The position numbers and the translations under genes were made by a program. A stretch of DNA of 64,000 nucleotides from an uncultured delta proteobacterium (GTDB taxonomy: Bacteria > Myxococcota_A > Polyangia > Palsa-1104): the NCBI GenBank assembly GCA_963785725.1, contig CAWAWS010000035.1:43620-107619 (forward strand), read 5' to 3'. The notes beneath the pieces were generated by a model. The model was not told the DNA's origin. It was given only the letters and a program-made list of their open reading frames with translations, and did not search any database. How positions within the stretch are numbered: position 1 is the stretch's first letter; each line of letters opens with the position of its first letter. Of this stretch, positions 13,796 through 24,369 are shown piece by piece.

Positions 13796-15039
13796 CGGAC
13801 AGCGCTCCCACGAGCTCGGGCACGAGCGCTTCCAGCTCCGCCGTCACCGCCGCGTAGAGCGGATCGCCAGTGCGGCGGATGGCTTGGTTCGGCTGCGCTT
13901 CGACGATGCGGCGCATGACCGGGCGACCGTCGCGAACGACGATGACCTCGAGGCGGCAGCGCACCGACGGGCCGGGCATGTAGTCGACGTTGTCGAGGCG
14001 CGCCATGACGACGGCGCGGGCGCCGGCGCGGTAGCCTTCGTCGGCGGCGACGGCGGCCGACGTGATGCCGACGCCCGTCGGCACGACCGTCAGCCGCAGG
14101 CGGCGCTGCAGGAACGCGAACAGCGCTTGCGTCGCCATCGCGCCCGAGCCGGGATAGGCCGACTGCGGATCGGCGACGGCGTGCGCGACGACGCGACCGC
14201 GCACGAAGCCGGCGAAATAGGGCGAGGGCGCGGCCGCACGCGCGGGAACGGCGGCCGCACGCGCGGGAACGGCGGCCGGCGCCGGCGTGTCGACGCGCGG
14301 CGGCGCCCAATCGGGCTCGCGAATCTCGCTGCGCGGCGCCTCGGCAGCGCGCGCCGCTTCCGGCTTGGCCGCTTCGGCGACGGCGACCTTGGCTTCGGTC
14401 GGCGCCTCCGTCGGCGCCTTGGTCGGCGCTTTGGTCTCGAGGCGCGCGGCTTCCGGCTTGGCTTCCGCTTTCCCGTCGACCTTGGCGTCTTTGGTGTCCT
14501 TTGTGTCTTTCGCGTCTTTCGATTCTTTGGATTCGGGCGTCGCAGCGGCCACCGCCGGCGGAACGATGTGCGGCTGTGACGGCGGCGGCGCGGCGACGAC
14601 GCGGCTCGCCGACGACGGCGACGACGGCGGCACCGCGGCGGCGCGACGCGCGGCATCGTGGGCGCGCTTTTCGGCCGCGCTCTGCGCCGCCGGATCGTTC
14701 TCGAGGAGGAGCGGCGCGATTCTGATTCGCCAGCTGCGTCGCCACGGCGTCCATCGCTTCCAGCGGGCCCTCGGCGGTCAGCGTTCGGCCGCGCAGGGTC
14801 GCCGCCAGTCGCACGCGGTCGCGCGCCAAAAGCTCGACGCGACCGGTGATCGTGGCCTCGGCGCCGGCACCGGTCTCGACGCCGGCGCCTTCGAGCGCGG
14901 CGGCGACGGCGCGTGCGACCTCGGGCCCGAAGTAGCCGAGCGACTCGTCATGCACGCTGAAGGGGGCGACCTGCACGCGCGGCCGCGCCCACACCGTCGC
15001 CGAGCCGGCCAAGACGAGCGTGACGACGAGCGCGCGCAC
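13785..15039 (-). CDS. Secreted hypothetical protein with Pro/Ala/Lys linker; apparent frameshift near 14725
   Basis: GTG 15039 begins a signal peptide (VRALVVTLVLAGSATVWA); removing one base at about 14725 joins it to the 13785..14633 frame (RIAPLLLEND...). Confidence 0.6.
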
Positions 15040-15095
15040 CAGCAGATTTGGGCGCGCAAACCGCCACGAGTCAAGGCCGAGCCCGCGTGCTCGCC

Positions 15096-15172
15096 CATCG
15101 GCGCATCGAACGGCGAGCCCGCGCGCATCGGCGCATTGAACGGGCGTCACTCGGGGCTGGCACACACATTGG
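15096..15172 (+). promoter_or_regulatory. Tandem 18-bp direct repeat plus sigma54-like promoter
   Basis: CATCGGCGCAT(C/T)GAACGG at 15096 and 15126; TGGCAC-N5-TTGG at 15158-15172 (non-consensus -12). Confidence 0.4.
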
Positions 15173-15198
15173 AGTGTCGAACAGCGGAGGCACAGCTC

Positions 15199-15789
15199 AT
15201 GCGCGTGACGATGGTTGCGTTGACGGCCTGCTCGCTGCTCGGCCTGTTCGCGGCGCCGGCTCATGCGGGGATTCCTCTCGGCGGTTTGGAGCGCGACGCG
15301 CCGCCGCCTCCGGTCGAGCTGGCGCAGGCTTCGGTGACGAGCCCGGGTGTCGGCGTTCCGACCAGCATCACGCCGGGAACGACGGCGCCAAACATCGCGT
15401 CCGGCTCGACGGCGGTCGGGGTGACGACGCCGAGCACGTCGCTCGCCTCGCCCGCGCCCACCGCCGCCGGCGCGCCGCTGACGGCGGGCGCGATCAACGA
15501 GGCGAACGCCGGACAGCAGGCGTTGCCGTCGAGCGCGCTGCCGGAGACGACCGAGCCGGTGCCGCCGACGCCGAGCAGCATCGCGCCGCAGCCGGTGCCG
15601 GTCTCGGGCGGCATCACGCCGCAGTCGTCGGCGCCGACGGTGGGCGGGCTGTTCAATCAGTTCAACGGGCTGGCGCCGGATCAGAACAACCCCGGCAACT
15701 TCAACCCTGCGCCGACCTATCAGCCGCCGGCGACGCCGAGCCCCCACGTCGACACCAATCCCGACGTGCCCGGCTGGGACCATCCGTGA
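15199..15789 (+). CDS. Secreted Pro/Thr/Ser-rich low-complexity protein
   Basis: GGAGG RBS; signal peptide ending AHA; P/T/S/A-rich body. Confidence 0.7.
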   Translation: MRVTMVALTACSLLGLFAAPAHAGIPLGGLERDAPPPPVELAQASVTSPGVGVPTSITPGTTAPNIASGSTAVGVTTPSTSLASPAPTAAGAPLTAGAINEANAGQQALPSSALPETTEPVPPTPSSIAPQPVPVSGGITPQSSAPTVGGLFNQFNGLAPDQNNPGNFNPAPTYQPPATPSPHVDTNPDVPGWDHP

Positions 15790-15799
15790 GCGCGCCACG

Positions 15800-17567
15800 T
15801 CAGTTGGCTCCGCCGTCCACGATCGTCCCGCCGTCGGCGGCGACGCGCTGGCCGGGATCGGGGAGATACAGCTTGTAGTTGCCGCTCGAGTCGCTGACGG
15901 CGGTCTTGAGGATGGTCGGCGTGGCGCAATCCCAGCACATCGCCTCCACCAGCGTCGCCGGGACGGGCGCGTTGTTCGATGCATAGACGACGCCCGCGAT
16001 CTGCAAGCCGGGGCCGAGCGTGATGTCGGCGTTGCTCACGCCGGCGGCGACGAACACCGTGGCGTCGCTGAGCTTGGCGGCGGCGAGCGGCTCGACGCGC
16101 ACGCTCGAGGCGGTGCCGGCGCCGACGTTGATCGTGTAGACGCCTTGGCCGTCGGTGGTCGCGGCCGGCGCGGCGCCGAGGCCGGACAGCGCCGTCGCCG
16201 TGACGCGGGCACCGACCACGGGCTGGCCGGCCAGATCCGTGACTGTGCCCGACAGCGCAACGGGCGGCTTCAGCGTCAAGCTCCAGGTGCCGGGCGCGGT
16301 CGTCTGAAAGGTCGTCAGCCCGTCAGTCGAGCCGGCCGGCGGCTCGACGGTCACGACGTACGCGCCGGCGGGCAGCTGCAGCGCCGGCAAGGCCGCGAGC
16401 GCGTCGCTGATGACGACGGTGCTGACGCGACCGCTGGCGACGAGCGTGCTGCCGCCGATGGTGACGTTGGCGGCCTGCGCGATGGCGTCGGCCGATTCGA
16501 TGGTGACGCGGGCGCCGGCGACCGCGCCGCCGCTGCTGCCGACGACCGTGCCGCTGACGGCGACGCGCGGAACGCTGTAAGCGATGGCGATGCTGAGACC
16601 GGCGCTGGGAACGGTGACGTTGTCGAGGGTCAACGTGGGCCAGCCGTCGCTGGAGACGCCGAGCTGATACGGCGTCGCCAGCGCCTCGGCGCGCAAGCTG
16701 AAGCTGCCGTCGCTGGCGCTCTGGCCGAGGCCGCTCGGCAAGAGCCCGGCGCGCAAGACGACGCCGGCGCCGGCGATGGGGTTCGTGCCGTCGCTGACGC
16801 TGCCAGCTGATGGGCGCGCCGGCGGTGACGACGAAGCCCGCCATCGTCAAGTCGTAGCCGGGGCTTTCGTCGCCGAGATGCGGCGCCAGCGTCGGTGAAT
16901 CGGGGATGAGCAGCGGCCGATAGAGATCGCTGGCGCTGACCGAGAGCGAGAAGATGCCGTTGCCGCCGGCGCGCGTATCGGCGTCGGGGACCTGCGTGCC
17001 GACGAAGCGGACTTCGCCCGACGTGGCGCCGAGCGGGCCGGTCAAGATGCCGCTCACCACCAGGCCGTCGACGAGGTCGAGCGAACGGTTGGCCAGCGGC
17101 GTGCCGCCGGTCAGAATCTCCATCGTGTCGGTGGGCGCGCTCTTGCCGCCCGACGGCGGCAGCGCGCGCAAGCGGTAGACCGCGGTGGCGCCCAGCGGAT
17201 CGGTCACGTCGACCGACTGAAAGCTGGTGCACGCGCCGTTGGCGAACGTGAGCGTGAACGTGTACGTGCCGGGGCTGGTGGCGAGGACGGTGGCGATGCG
17301 GCCGGTCGCATCGACGGTCGCGGTCGGCGCCGCGCCGCCGGCCAGCGCCACCGTCCACTGCGGGTCGGGGAACGTCGCGACCGTCGAGGCGGTCAGCGTC
17401 GCCGGCGGAAACGGCGACGACTGCACGAGCAACACCGGGCAGCCCGGCGGCGGGATCGAGGCCAGATCGCTGCCGCCGAAGCCGAAGTCGAACGGCGGCG
17501 CGGTATCGTCATCGCCGGCACAGCCCGCGACCGCGAGCAGGAAGATCAGCGCAGCTCGAGCGACCAT
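15800..17567 (-). CDS. Lipoprotein with carboxypeptidase-regulatory-like beta-sandwich repeats; apparent frameshift near 16805
   Basis: Lipobox LAVAGC; repeated sGtV..G.pv.GArV motifs; the 16323..17576 and 15800..16756 frames join on deleting one base (PIS-GSVSDG). Confidence 0.7.
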
Positions 17568-18745
17568 GTCATCCACCGCAAGCAGCTATTGGGTTGTTGA
17601 GGCTCTTCCACGAGACACGAGGCCTCGAGGCATTGGTCGGTGTCGATGCTGCAGTTGGCGCGCGTGCCGGTGCGATCGACGACCTCGACGCGCACCTGCA
17701 CCGTCTCGCCGACGTCGAAGCCGCTGGTGTCGAGCGTGTAGGTCGGATCGTCGAGATCGACGGCGCGCCAGGTCGGATCGCTGGTGCGCCAGACGCTCCA
17801 CACGAAGGTCAGCAGCGGGCTCGGGTAGGGGTCGAGATCGTCGATGACGCCGGTGATGGTGAACGTCTGCGGCACCGTGCGATCGACGACGCGCAGGCCG
17901 GCGCCGGGGATCGTGCCCGCGATGCACGGCGGCTGATCGCTGATGACGGCGACGCCGGTCTGCTTCCCCGACACGACCGGCGGGTTGACGCCGTCGCTGA
18001 CGCTGACGTCGAGCGCGTAATAGCCCGCCGTGTCGCTGGCAACGGCTGGATCGGTGTACAGGCAGATCTGCTCGGAGTCGGGGAGCGTGAGCGTCGGACC
18101 GGCGCCGGCGGGCGCGCCGGGACAGCCGCCGGCGACGAGCGGCCCGAGCAGCGGCTGCGCGCCGACCGGCGCCGTGACGACGGCCCAGGTGTAGGTGAGC
18201 GTCTCGTCGACGAGGTGGCAGGTGGCATTCGCGGGCGGGATCGGATCGGCGTCGGCGTCGCTGGCTTTGCCGGCGAGCTGCACGACGATCGGCTGTCCGG
18301 CCGTGTACGCGTTGCAGGCGTTCGGCAGCGAGTCGGCCTGCGGTCGCGCGCCCAGCGTAAAGACGGGCGCCGCGTCGACCACGTCGATCGGCGTCGTCGT
18401 CGTCGCCACGGCGCCGAGCTCGTCGCTGCTCGTCGCCTCCACGAAATAGTGGCCGGGCGTGTAGATGAACAGCTGCGCGCCGGACATCGCTTGCACGACC
18501 GTGCCGGTGCAGTCGTCCTCGACCGGCTGCTGGTTGGCGTCCAGCAGTCGAATCTTCATCAGCTGACGCACCACATCGGCGTCATCTTGGTCATCCTCGA
18601 CGATCACGTTGGCGCTGATGAGCTGGCCGCGATAACCCACCGTCGGCGACAGCTCGATCGTCATGCCGGGCGGGTCGTTGCGAGTGCCCGTGTACAGGCA
18701 GCCGCAGACGACGGCGAGCGGCAGGAGCGCCAGCAGGCGGAGCAT
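17546..18745 (-). CDS. Cys-containing beta-rich (Ig/PKD-like) lipoprotein
   Basis: MLRLLALLPLAVVCGC lipobox with GGAG RBS; TYTW/TFVW strands. Confidence 0.72.
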   Translation of the reverse strand: MLRLLALLPLAVVCGCLYTGTRNDPPGMTIELSPTVGYRGQLISANVIVEDDQDDADVVRQLMKIRLLDANQQPVEDDCTGTVVQAMSGAQLFIYTPGHYFVEATSSDELGAVATTTTPIDVVDAAPVFTLGARPQADSLPNACNAYTAGQPIVVQLAGKASDADADPIPPANATCHLVDETLTYTWAVVTAPVGAQPLLGPLVAGGCPGAPAGAGPTLTLPDSEQICLYTDPAVASDTAGYYALDVSVSDGVNPPVVSGKQTGVAVISDQPPCIAGTIPGAGLRVVDRTVPQTFTITGVIDDLDPYPSPLLTFVWSVWRTSDPTWRAVDLDDPTYTLDTSGFDVGETVQVRVEVVDRTGTRANCSIDTDQCLEASCLVEEPQQPNSCLRWMTWSLELR

Positions 18746-18827
18746 CTTCGCCCGCTCCAGCAAGACGTGCGCCACGCCCAGGCTCAGGCGGGACATGGAG
18801 CACACACGCCAAATCGCGACATCGCTG

Positions 18828-20675
18828 TCACGGTCGTTCGCAAGCGGGCTGCGGCTCATCGACCAGGCGGCAGCCTTCGGGCGGCACGTCGACGTAGCGG
18901 GTCGCCAGCGCCTGACCGGCGCGGAAGAACGTGAGGCGACGGCGGCCGGGCGCGATCTCACGCCCGCCGGTCATGGGCGGGCCCTCGTCGACGGCGACGG
19001 CGTCGGCGTGCGTCAGCGACGGCGTCAAGCGCACCGGGCGGTACAGACGCTGCTTGAGATCGCGCGTCTCGCCCGCGGCCAAGTCGACGTCGGTGACGAG
19101 GCTGTTGTGCCCGGCGGCCGGGTTGACGCATTCGACGTGATGATGGCCCGCCGGCAACGACAGCGTCTGCGGCGTGCGACCGCGGGCGCTGCCGTCGACG
19201 CGCAGGTCGCACCACGGCGCCGTCTCCACTGTCAGCTTCGCCGCCGCATCGACGACCGCCGGATGCGTCGGTTCCGGCTCGGGCGCAGCTGTGACCTCGG
19301 GAGCCGCGGGCGGCGGCGTTTGTGGACTATCCGGCAACAGCTTGCGGTGGCGCGCGTCGACGCGCGGACGCGCATTGGCCGCGGCTGGACGCGCCGGCGC
19401 CGGCAACGGCGCCGCCGATTCGCCCGTCGGCGGCGGCGCGATGGCGACGATCGGCAGCGCGCGCCCGACCGCGGTGTCGGCGAGCGGCGATGGACCGATC
19501 GCGCTCGGTTGCGCCGGCCGCAAAGCGCGCATGCGCGCTTGAAATACCGCATAACCGGCGGCGGAGCTGGCGGCGGCCACGAGCGCGGCGACCACGACGA
19601 GCCGGCGGCGCGGCCGCGGTCGCGCCGAAACCGCCAGCGCCAGCGCGCCTTCGTCGTCGGGACGCCAAGCCAAGATGCGATTGGCCGCCGCCAGCGCGCG
19701 CGCCGTCTCGCCCGCCGCGCGCGCGCGTTCGGCCTGCGTCCGCGCCGCCGCGACGATGCGCTCCTCGGCCGCGCGGTTGTAGCTGGCCGGATCGCGTAAA
19801 TACGCGGTCAGCTCGGCGTCGACGTCGCCGAATCCGTCGGCGACGAGCCCTTCGCGCAGCGCGTTGGCGCAGGCGTCGGCCGAGGCGAAGCGCTCCTCGG
19901 GCGCCGCCTTCAGACAGCGCTCGATGACGCGCTCGACATAGGGCGGCACGCGCGGATTCTTCGCCGAGGGCGGCAGGTGATCGCCGCGGACGATGCGCGC
20001 CATCGTCGCCAGCGGCGACGTGCCGACGAACGGCAGCGCGCCCGTCGTCAGCTGATAGAGGAGCGAGCCCAGCGAAAACTGATCGGAGCGCACGTCGATC
20101 TCCGACGACGACGCCTGCTCGGGCGACATATAAGCGGGCGAGCCGAGCACGGCGCCCGTCGCCGTCATCGAGTCGGTCTCGAGCACGCGGGCGATGCCGA
20201 AGTCGCACAAGACGACGCGCTCGCGATCGAACATGACGTTCTCGGGCTTGACGTCGCGGTGGATGATGCCGCGCGCGTGCGCCGCCGCCAGCGCTTGCGC
20301 CACGCGCAGCCCGAGCATGGCCGCGATCTCCGCCAGCGGCGCGCCGTGCTCGACCAAGAAGCGCTGCAGCGACGGGCCGGTCAAGAGCTCCATGACCAGG
20401 TAGGCCGGGCTGTCTTCCGTCGCCGGCGCGTAGTCGTGCAGCTTGAGGACGTTGGGATGGCTCAAGCCGGCGACGGCGCGCGCCTCGCGCTCGAAGCGGC
20501 CGCCCGCCTCCGACTTGGCGGCGATGAACGGGTGCATGACCTTCAGCGCGACCTGACGGCCGAGCGTCGGATCGTCGGCGCGATAGACCGTCGCCATGCC
20601 GCCCTGCCCCAGCTTCTCGACGAGCCGATAGCGCCCCAGCATGGTGCCGGCCAGGGAGACGACGCTCGCGCTCAT
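18828..20675 (-). CDS. Membrane Ser/Thr protein kinase with C-terminal PEGA-like domain
   Basis: GQGGMATV, VALK, HRDVKPEN, DFG, GSPAYMSPEQ; TM; PWCDLRVDG. Confidence 0.92.
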   Translation of the reverse strand: MSASVVSLAGTMLGRYRLVEKLGQGGMATVYRADDPTLGRQVALKVMHPFIAAKSEAGGRFEREARAVAGLSHPNVLKLHDYAPATEDSPAYLVMELLTGPSLQRFLVEHGAPLAEIAAMLGLRVAQALAAAHARGIIHRDVKPENVMFDRERVVLCDFGIARVLETDSMTATGAVLGSPAYMSPEQASSSEIDVRSDQFSLGSLLYQLTTGALPFVGTSPLATMARIVRGDHLPPSAKNPRVPPYVERVIERCLKAAPEERFASADACANALREGLVADGFGDVDAELTAYLRDPASYNRAAEERIVAAARTQAERARAAGETARALAAANRILAWRPDDEGALALAVSARPRPRRRLVVVAALVAAASSAAGYAVFQARMRALRPAQPSAIGPSPLADTAVGRALPIVAIAPPPTGESAAPLPAPARPAAANARPRVDARHRKLLPDSPQTPPPAAPEVTAAPEPEPTHPAVVDAAAKLTVETAPWCDLRVDGSARGRTPQTLSLPAGHHHVECVNPAAGHNSLVTDVDLAAGETRDLKQRLYRPVRLTPSLTHADAVAVDEGPPMTGGREIAPGRRRLTFFRAGQALATRYVDVPPEGCRLVDEPQPACERP

Positions 20676-20745
20676 CTCCGTGCGTTGGCTGCGTTGGGTG
20701 CGTCGGGCGCTGTTCTCAGCAACGGCACGCTGGGCATGCTACCAG

Positions 20746-22035
20746 ATGGACATGCAGTTTGCGCGACACAAGGAGCGGCTGGAGAACGGCTTGACCGTGG
20801 TCACAGTCGAGCTGCCCCATCTACATTCGGTCTCGATCGTGATGTACGCCCGCGTCGGCTCGCGTTACGAAGCGCCCGCCGACAACGGGCTTTCACATTT
20901 TCTCGAGCACATGCTGTTTCGCGGCACGGAGAAGCTGCCCGACGCTTACGCGCTCAACCACGCGATCGAAAACCTGGGCGGCACGCTCTACGCCGAGACC
21001 GGACGCGACTATTCGCTGTACCAAATTTCGCTGCATCCCGAGATGTTCTCGGAAGGGCTGGCGCTGTTCGCCGAGATCTTCCGCGCGCCGGCGTTCGCCG
21101 ACGTCGACGTCGAGCGCCGCATCGTCCTCGAGGAGATGCTCGAGGATCACGACGACGACGGCCGCCTCGTCAACATCGACGACCTGGCGCGGCTCGCCGT
21201 CTGGCCCGACCATCCGCTCGGCTATCGCATCACCGGGCCCTACGAAACGGTCGAGCACTTCACGCAAGCCGACGTGCGGCGTCACTTCGCGAAGTTCTAC
21301 GGCGCGCGCAACATGGTGCTGGCGGTGTCGGGCGCCGTCGAGCACGCCCAGATTCGCGCCCAAGTGGCGGCGGCGATGGGCACGCTCGTGCCGGGCGAGC
21401 CGCTCGAGTTCACGCCGCCGCCCGAGTCGCAGACGGCGCCGCGCTTTCTCTACGTGCGCCGCGAAGGCAGCCAGACCAACGTGCAGATCTTGTGGCGCGC
21501 CTTCGCCGAGACCGATCCCGACTTTCCGGCGCTCATCGCGCTCGGCCGCATCGTCGACGACGGCATGTCGACGCGGCTGCACACGCGCATCGTCGACGAG
21601 CTGGGCCTGGCCTATTACGTCTCGGCGTCGCTCGAGCCCTTCGTCGACACCGGGCTCTACGAGATCGACGGCAACTGCGCGCACGAATCGGCGGCGGCGC
21701 TGGTGTGCGAGTCGCTCGGCGTTTTGCACCGCCTGCGCGAGGAGCCGCCGACCGCCGCCGAGCTCGACAAGGCGCAGCGTCGTTATCGTTGGGATCTGGA
21801 GTCGACGTTCGACGATCCGGACGCCATGGCCGGCTGGCAGGCGGGCACCGAGCTGTTCTTCGGCCCGATGTCCATCGAGGACAAGGTCAAGCGTGTGCGC
21901 GCGGTCACGCCGGCCGACGTGCAGCGCGTCGCGCAGCGGCTGTGCCGGCGCGAGCGGCTCACCGTCGCCTGCGTCGGCCAGCTGACGAAGAAGCAGGAGC
22001 GCGAGATCAAGACGATCGTCGAAGAGCAGCAGTAG
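20746..22035 (+). CDS. M16 (pitrilysin/insulinase-family) zinc peptidase
   Basis: LENGLTV, GSRYE, GLSHFLEHMLFRGT (HxxEH), ERRIVLEE. Confidence 0.92.
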   Translation: MDMQFARHKERLENGLTVVTVELPHLHSVSIVMYARVGSRYEAPADNGLSHFLEHMLFRGTEKLPDAYALNHAIENLGGTLYAETGRDYSLYQISLHPEMFSEGLALFAEIFRAPAFADVDVERRIVLEEMLEDHDDDGRLVNIDDLARLAVWPDHPLGYRITGPYETVEHFTQADVRRHFAKFYGARNMVLAVSGAVEHAQIRAQVAAAMGTLVPGEPLEFTPPPESQTAPRFLYVRREGSQTNVQILWRAFAETDPDFPALIALGRIVDDGMSTRLHTRIVDELGLAYYVSASLEPFVDTGLYEIDGNCAHESAAALVCESLGVLHRLREEPPTAAELDKAQRRYRWDLESTFDDPDAMAGWQAGTELFFGPMSIEDKVKRVRAVTPADVQRVAQRLCRRERLTVACVGQLTKKQEREIKTIVEEQQ

Positions 22036-22092
22036 CCGGCTGACGTCGCTGCCCAGGCGCGTGACGACCGGCGGGATGCTATGATGGCGGGG

Positions 22093-24315
22093 ATGTCCGA
22101 GCTCCGCGACGCCGCGCTCCCCTATCCGTCGACGCGCGAGCACCTGCTCGACGAGATCGCGCTCGTCCGTGCCCGCGCGCTGGCTTCGGTCGGCGGCGGC
22201 GCGCGCGAAGGCGACTTGCCGGCGCCCGAAGCGACGGTCGTCGCCGCGCGCACGGCCGTCTCCTTGGCGTCGGGCGTCGACCTCAGGTTGCCGCGTCTCG
22301 AGGCGACCTTCGGGCTCTTGCCCGTCGAGCGGGCGGCGCTGATGGTGGCGGTCGCGGCCGAGTTCGATCCGCTGTTCCGCTCGATCTGTCGCGGCTTGCA
22401 GGGCGAGATGGCCGGGCCGTCGCTGCAAGTGGGAACGATCGTCGAGCTGGTGACGCATCAGCTGCACGAGGCGATCGACGCGGCGATGCTCTTTTTGCCC
22501 GACGGAAAGCTGCGTCAGAACGCGCTCATCTCCGTCGAAGATCCGCTCTACCCGCGCGACGTGCCGCTGCAGGCGCTGCGGGTCAAGATCGATCGCCGGC
22601 TCGGCCTCTTTCTGCTCGGCCAGCTGGCGACCTCGGCGCCGTCGTGGCTGCAGCCGCAGGTGCCGCGTCGCGTGTTGTCGTTGGCGCGCATTCCCGACGA
22701 GAGCAAGGCCGACATCCTCGCGCATTTGCGGGCCGCGCAGTCCGAAGGCGTGCGCACGATGGTCGAGCTGCAAGGCCTCGCCGGCGTCGGCCGCAAGTTC
22801 GTCGCCGAGGGGTTGTGCGCCGAGCTCGGCATTCCGCTCATCGTCGCCGATTGCGGCGCGATGCTGGGCGGCGATCGCGAGGTCTTGCCGGTGCGGCTGG
22901 CGGAAGTGCGCCGCGAAGCGCTGCTCGGCGGCGCCGCGCCCTATCTCGACCACTACGACGCGATCTTGAGCCGCGCGGATTCGCCGGCGCGCAGCGCGGG
23001 CGGCGGCGGCGGCGAGGAGTCGCGCGAGGTGCTGGCGTCGCCGACGCTGCGGCTGCCGCCGGAGCTGATCTCGTTCTTGCAGCAGTCGCCGCTGACGTTT
23101 CTCGGGATCGAAGAGCGCTACGAAAAGCTGGTCGAGGCGGGCGGCGCGATCGTGCGCATCGAGGTGCCGTTTCCGTCGCCGTCGCAGCGCGCGGCCATCT
23201 GGACGCAGACGTTCGAGCAGCTGCAGTCGGACATCGCCGACGACGTCGACTGGACCGAGATCGGCCGCAAGCTGGCGCTCGACGCCGGACGCATTCAGAC
23301 GGCGGCGCGCTCGGCCGTGGCCGCGGCGTCGTTGCGCGCGCGCGGCGAGCGGCCGCGCGTCGACCGCAGCGACCTCGTCAACTCGGCGCGCCATCAGCTG
23401 CAGCATGATCTGAAGTCGCTGGCCGAGCGCGTCGACAAGACCTATCGCTGGGAAGATCTGGTCATCTCCGTCGACGGTTACCACTCGCTGATCGAGATGA
23501 TCAGCTACGCCAAGAACGCCGAGCGCGTCTACGACACCTGGGGCTTCGGCAACAAACACTCGGTCGCCGGCGGCATCTCCGCGCTCTTTTCCGGCCCGCC
23601 CGGCACCGGCAAGACGATGTGCGCCGGCGTCATCGCGCGCGAGCTCGACATGGAGCTCTTTCGCGTCGATCTGTCGCGCGTCGTATCGAAGTGGATCGGC
23701 GAGACCGAGAAGAACTTGGCGCGCGTGTTCGACGAGGCGCAGCGCTCCAACGCCGTCGTGCTCTTCGACGAGGCCGATTCGCTGTTCGCCAAGCGCACCG
23801 AGGTCAAGTCGTCGGTCGATCGCTATGCGAACTTGGAGGTCAACTTCCTCCTGCAGCGCATGGAGACGTTCAACGGCATCACGGTCCTGACGACAAACTT
23901 CGAGGACACGATCGACTCCGCCTTCAAGCGCCGCTTGACGTTCCGCATTCGCTTCGAGAAGCCGGACGCCGAAGCGCGCGGCGCGCTGTGGGCCAAGATG
24001 TTCCCGCCGGCGGCGCAGCTGGCGCCCGACGTCGACTTCATGGAGCTCGGTCGCCGCTATGAGGTTTCGGGCGGAAACATTCGCAACGCGGCCATCCGCG
24101 CGGCCTTCTTGGCGGCCAACGAAGACCACCCGATCGACATGGATACGCTGACGCGGGCGACCTTGCGTGAGGCGCGCGAGATGGGCGTGCTCATCGCCGA
24201 GCCGCAGACCGCCGACACGCCGGCCGCGAGCGACGGTCAGGAGGCCGAGCCGCAAGAGCCGCCGCAGCCGCCCGGCCCGCCGCCGCGTTTGGTCCCGATC
24301 ACCCGTCGCCGCTAG
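22093..24315 (+). CDS. AAA+ ATPase (Afp15/Pvc15-like architecture: degenerate first AAA, intact second AAA)
   Basis: GPPGTGKT, DLSRVVSKWIGETEKNL, LFDEAD, KRTEVKSSVDRYANLEVNFLLQRME. Confidence 0.88.
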   Translation: MSELRDAALPYPSTREHLLDEIALVRARALASVGGGAREGDLPAPEATVVAARTAVSLASGVDLRLPRLEATFGLLPVERAALMVAVAAEFDPLFRSICRGLQGEMAGPSLQVGTIVELVTHQLHEAIDAAMLFLPDGKLRQNALISVEDPLYPRDVPLQALRVKIDRRLGLFLLGQLATSAPSWLQPQVPRRVLSLARIPDESKADILAHLRAAQSEGVRTMVELQGLAGVGRKFVAEGLCAELGIPLIVADCGAMLGGDREVLPVRLAEVRREALLGGAAPYLDHYDAILSRADSPARSAGGGGGEESREVLASPTLRLPPELISFLQQSPLTFLGIEERYEKLVEAGGAIVRIEVPFPSPSQRAAIWTQTFEQLQSDIADDVDWTEIGRKLALDAGRIQTAARSAVAAASLRARGERPRVDRSDLVNSARHQLQHDLKSLAERVDKTYRWEDLVISVDGYHSLIEMISYAKNAERVYDTWGFGNKHSVAGGISALFSGPPGTGKTMCAGVIARELDMELFRVDLSRVVSKWIGETEKNLARVFDEAQRSNAVVLFDEADSLFAKRTEVKSSVDRYANLEVNFLLQRMETFNGITVLTTNFEDTIDSAFKRRLTFRIRFEKPDAEARGALWAKMFPPAAQLAPDVDFMELGRRYEVSGGNIRNAAIRAAFLAANEDHPIDMDTLTRATLREAREMGVLIAEPQTADTPAASDGQEAEPQEPPQPPGPPPRLVPITRRR

Positions 24316-24369
24316 GAGTTAGGCGAGCGCGGGAACTTTGGCCGCGGTCGGGCGTGATGTAGAGCGAGA

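Noticed and set aside
14230..14277. 21-bp tandem repeat
   Set aside because: In-frame duplication encoding a low-complexity AAVPARA linker.
20722..20740. Sigma54 promoter before the M16 peptidase (CGGCACG...TGCT)
   Set aside because: GG-to-GC spacing is 12 nt, not the required 10.
20893..24255. Very long antisense ORFs (also 27959..30358, 36610..39723, 43927..45948, 46478..48031)
   Set aside because: They shadow well-supported genes on the other strand; this is expected from the scarcity of stops in high-GC DNA, and they show no recognisable motifs.
22093..24315. Contractile injection system or prophage locus
   Set aside because: Only the ATPase is present; no sheath, tube, baseplate, spike or capsid genes.
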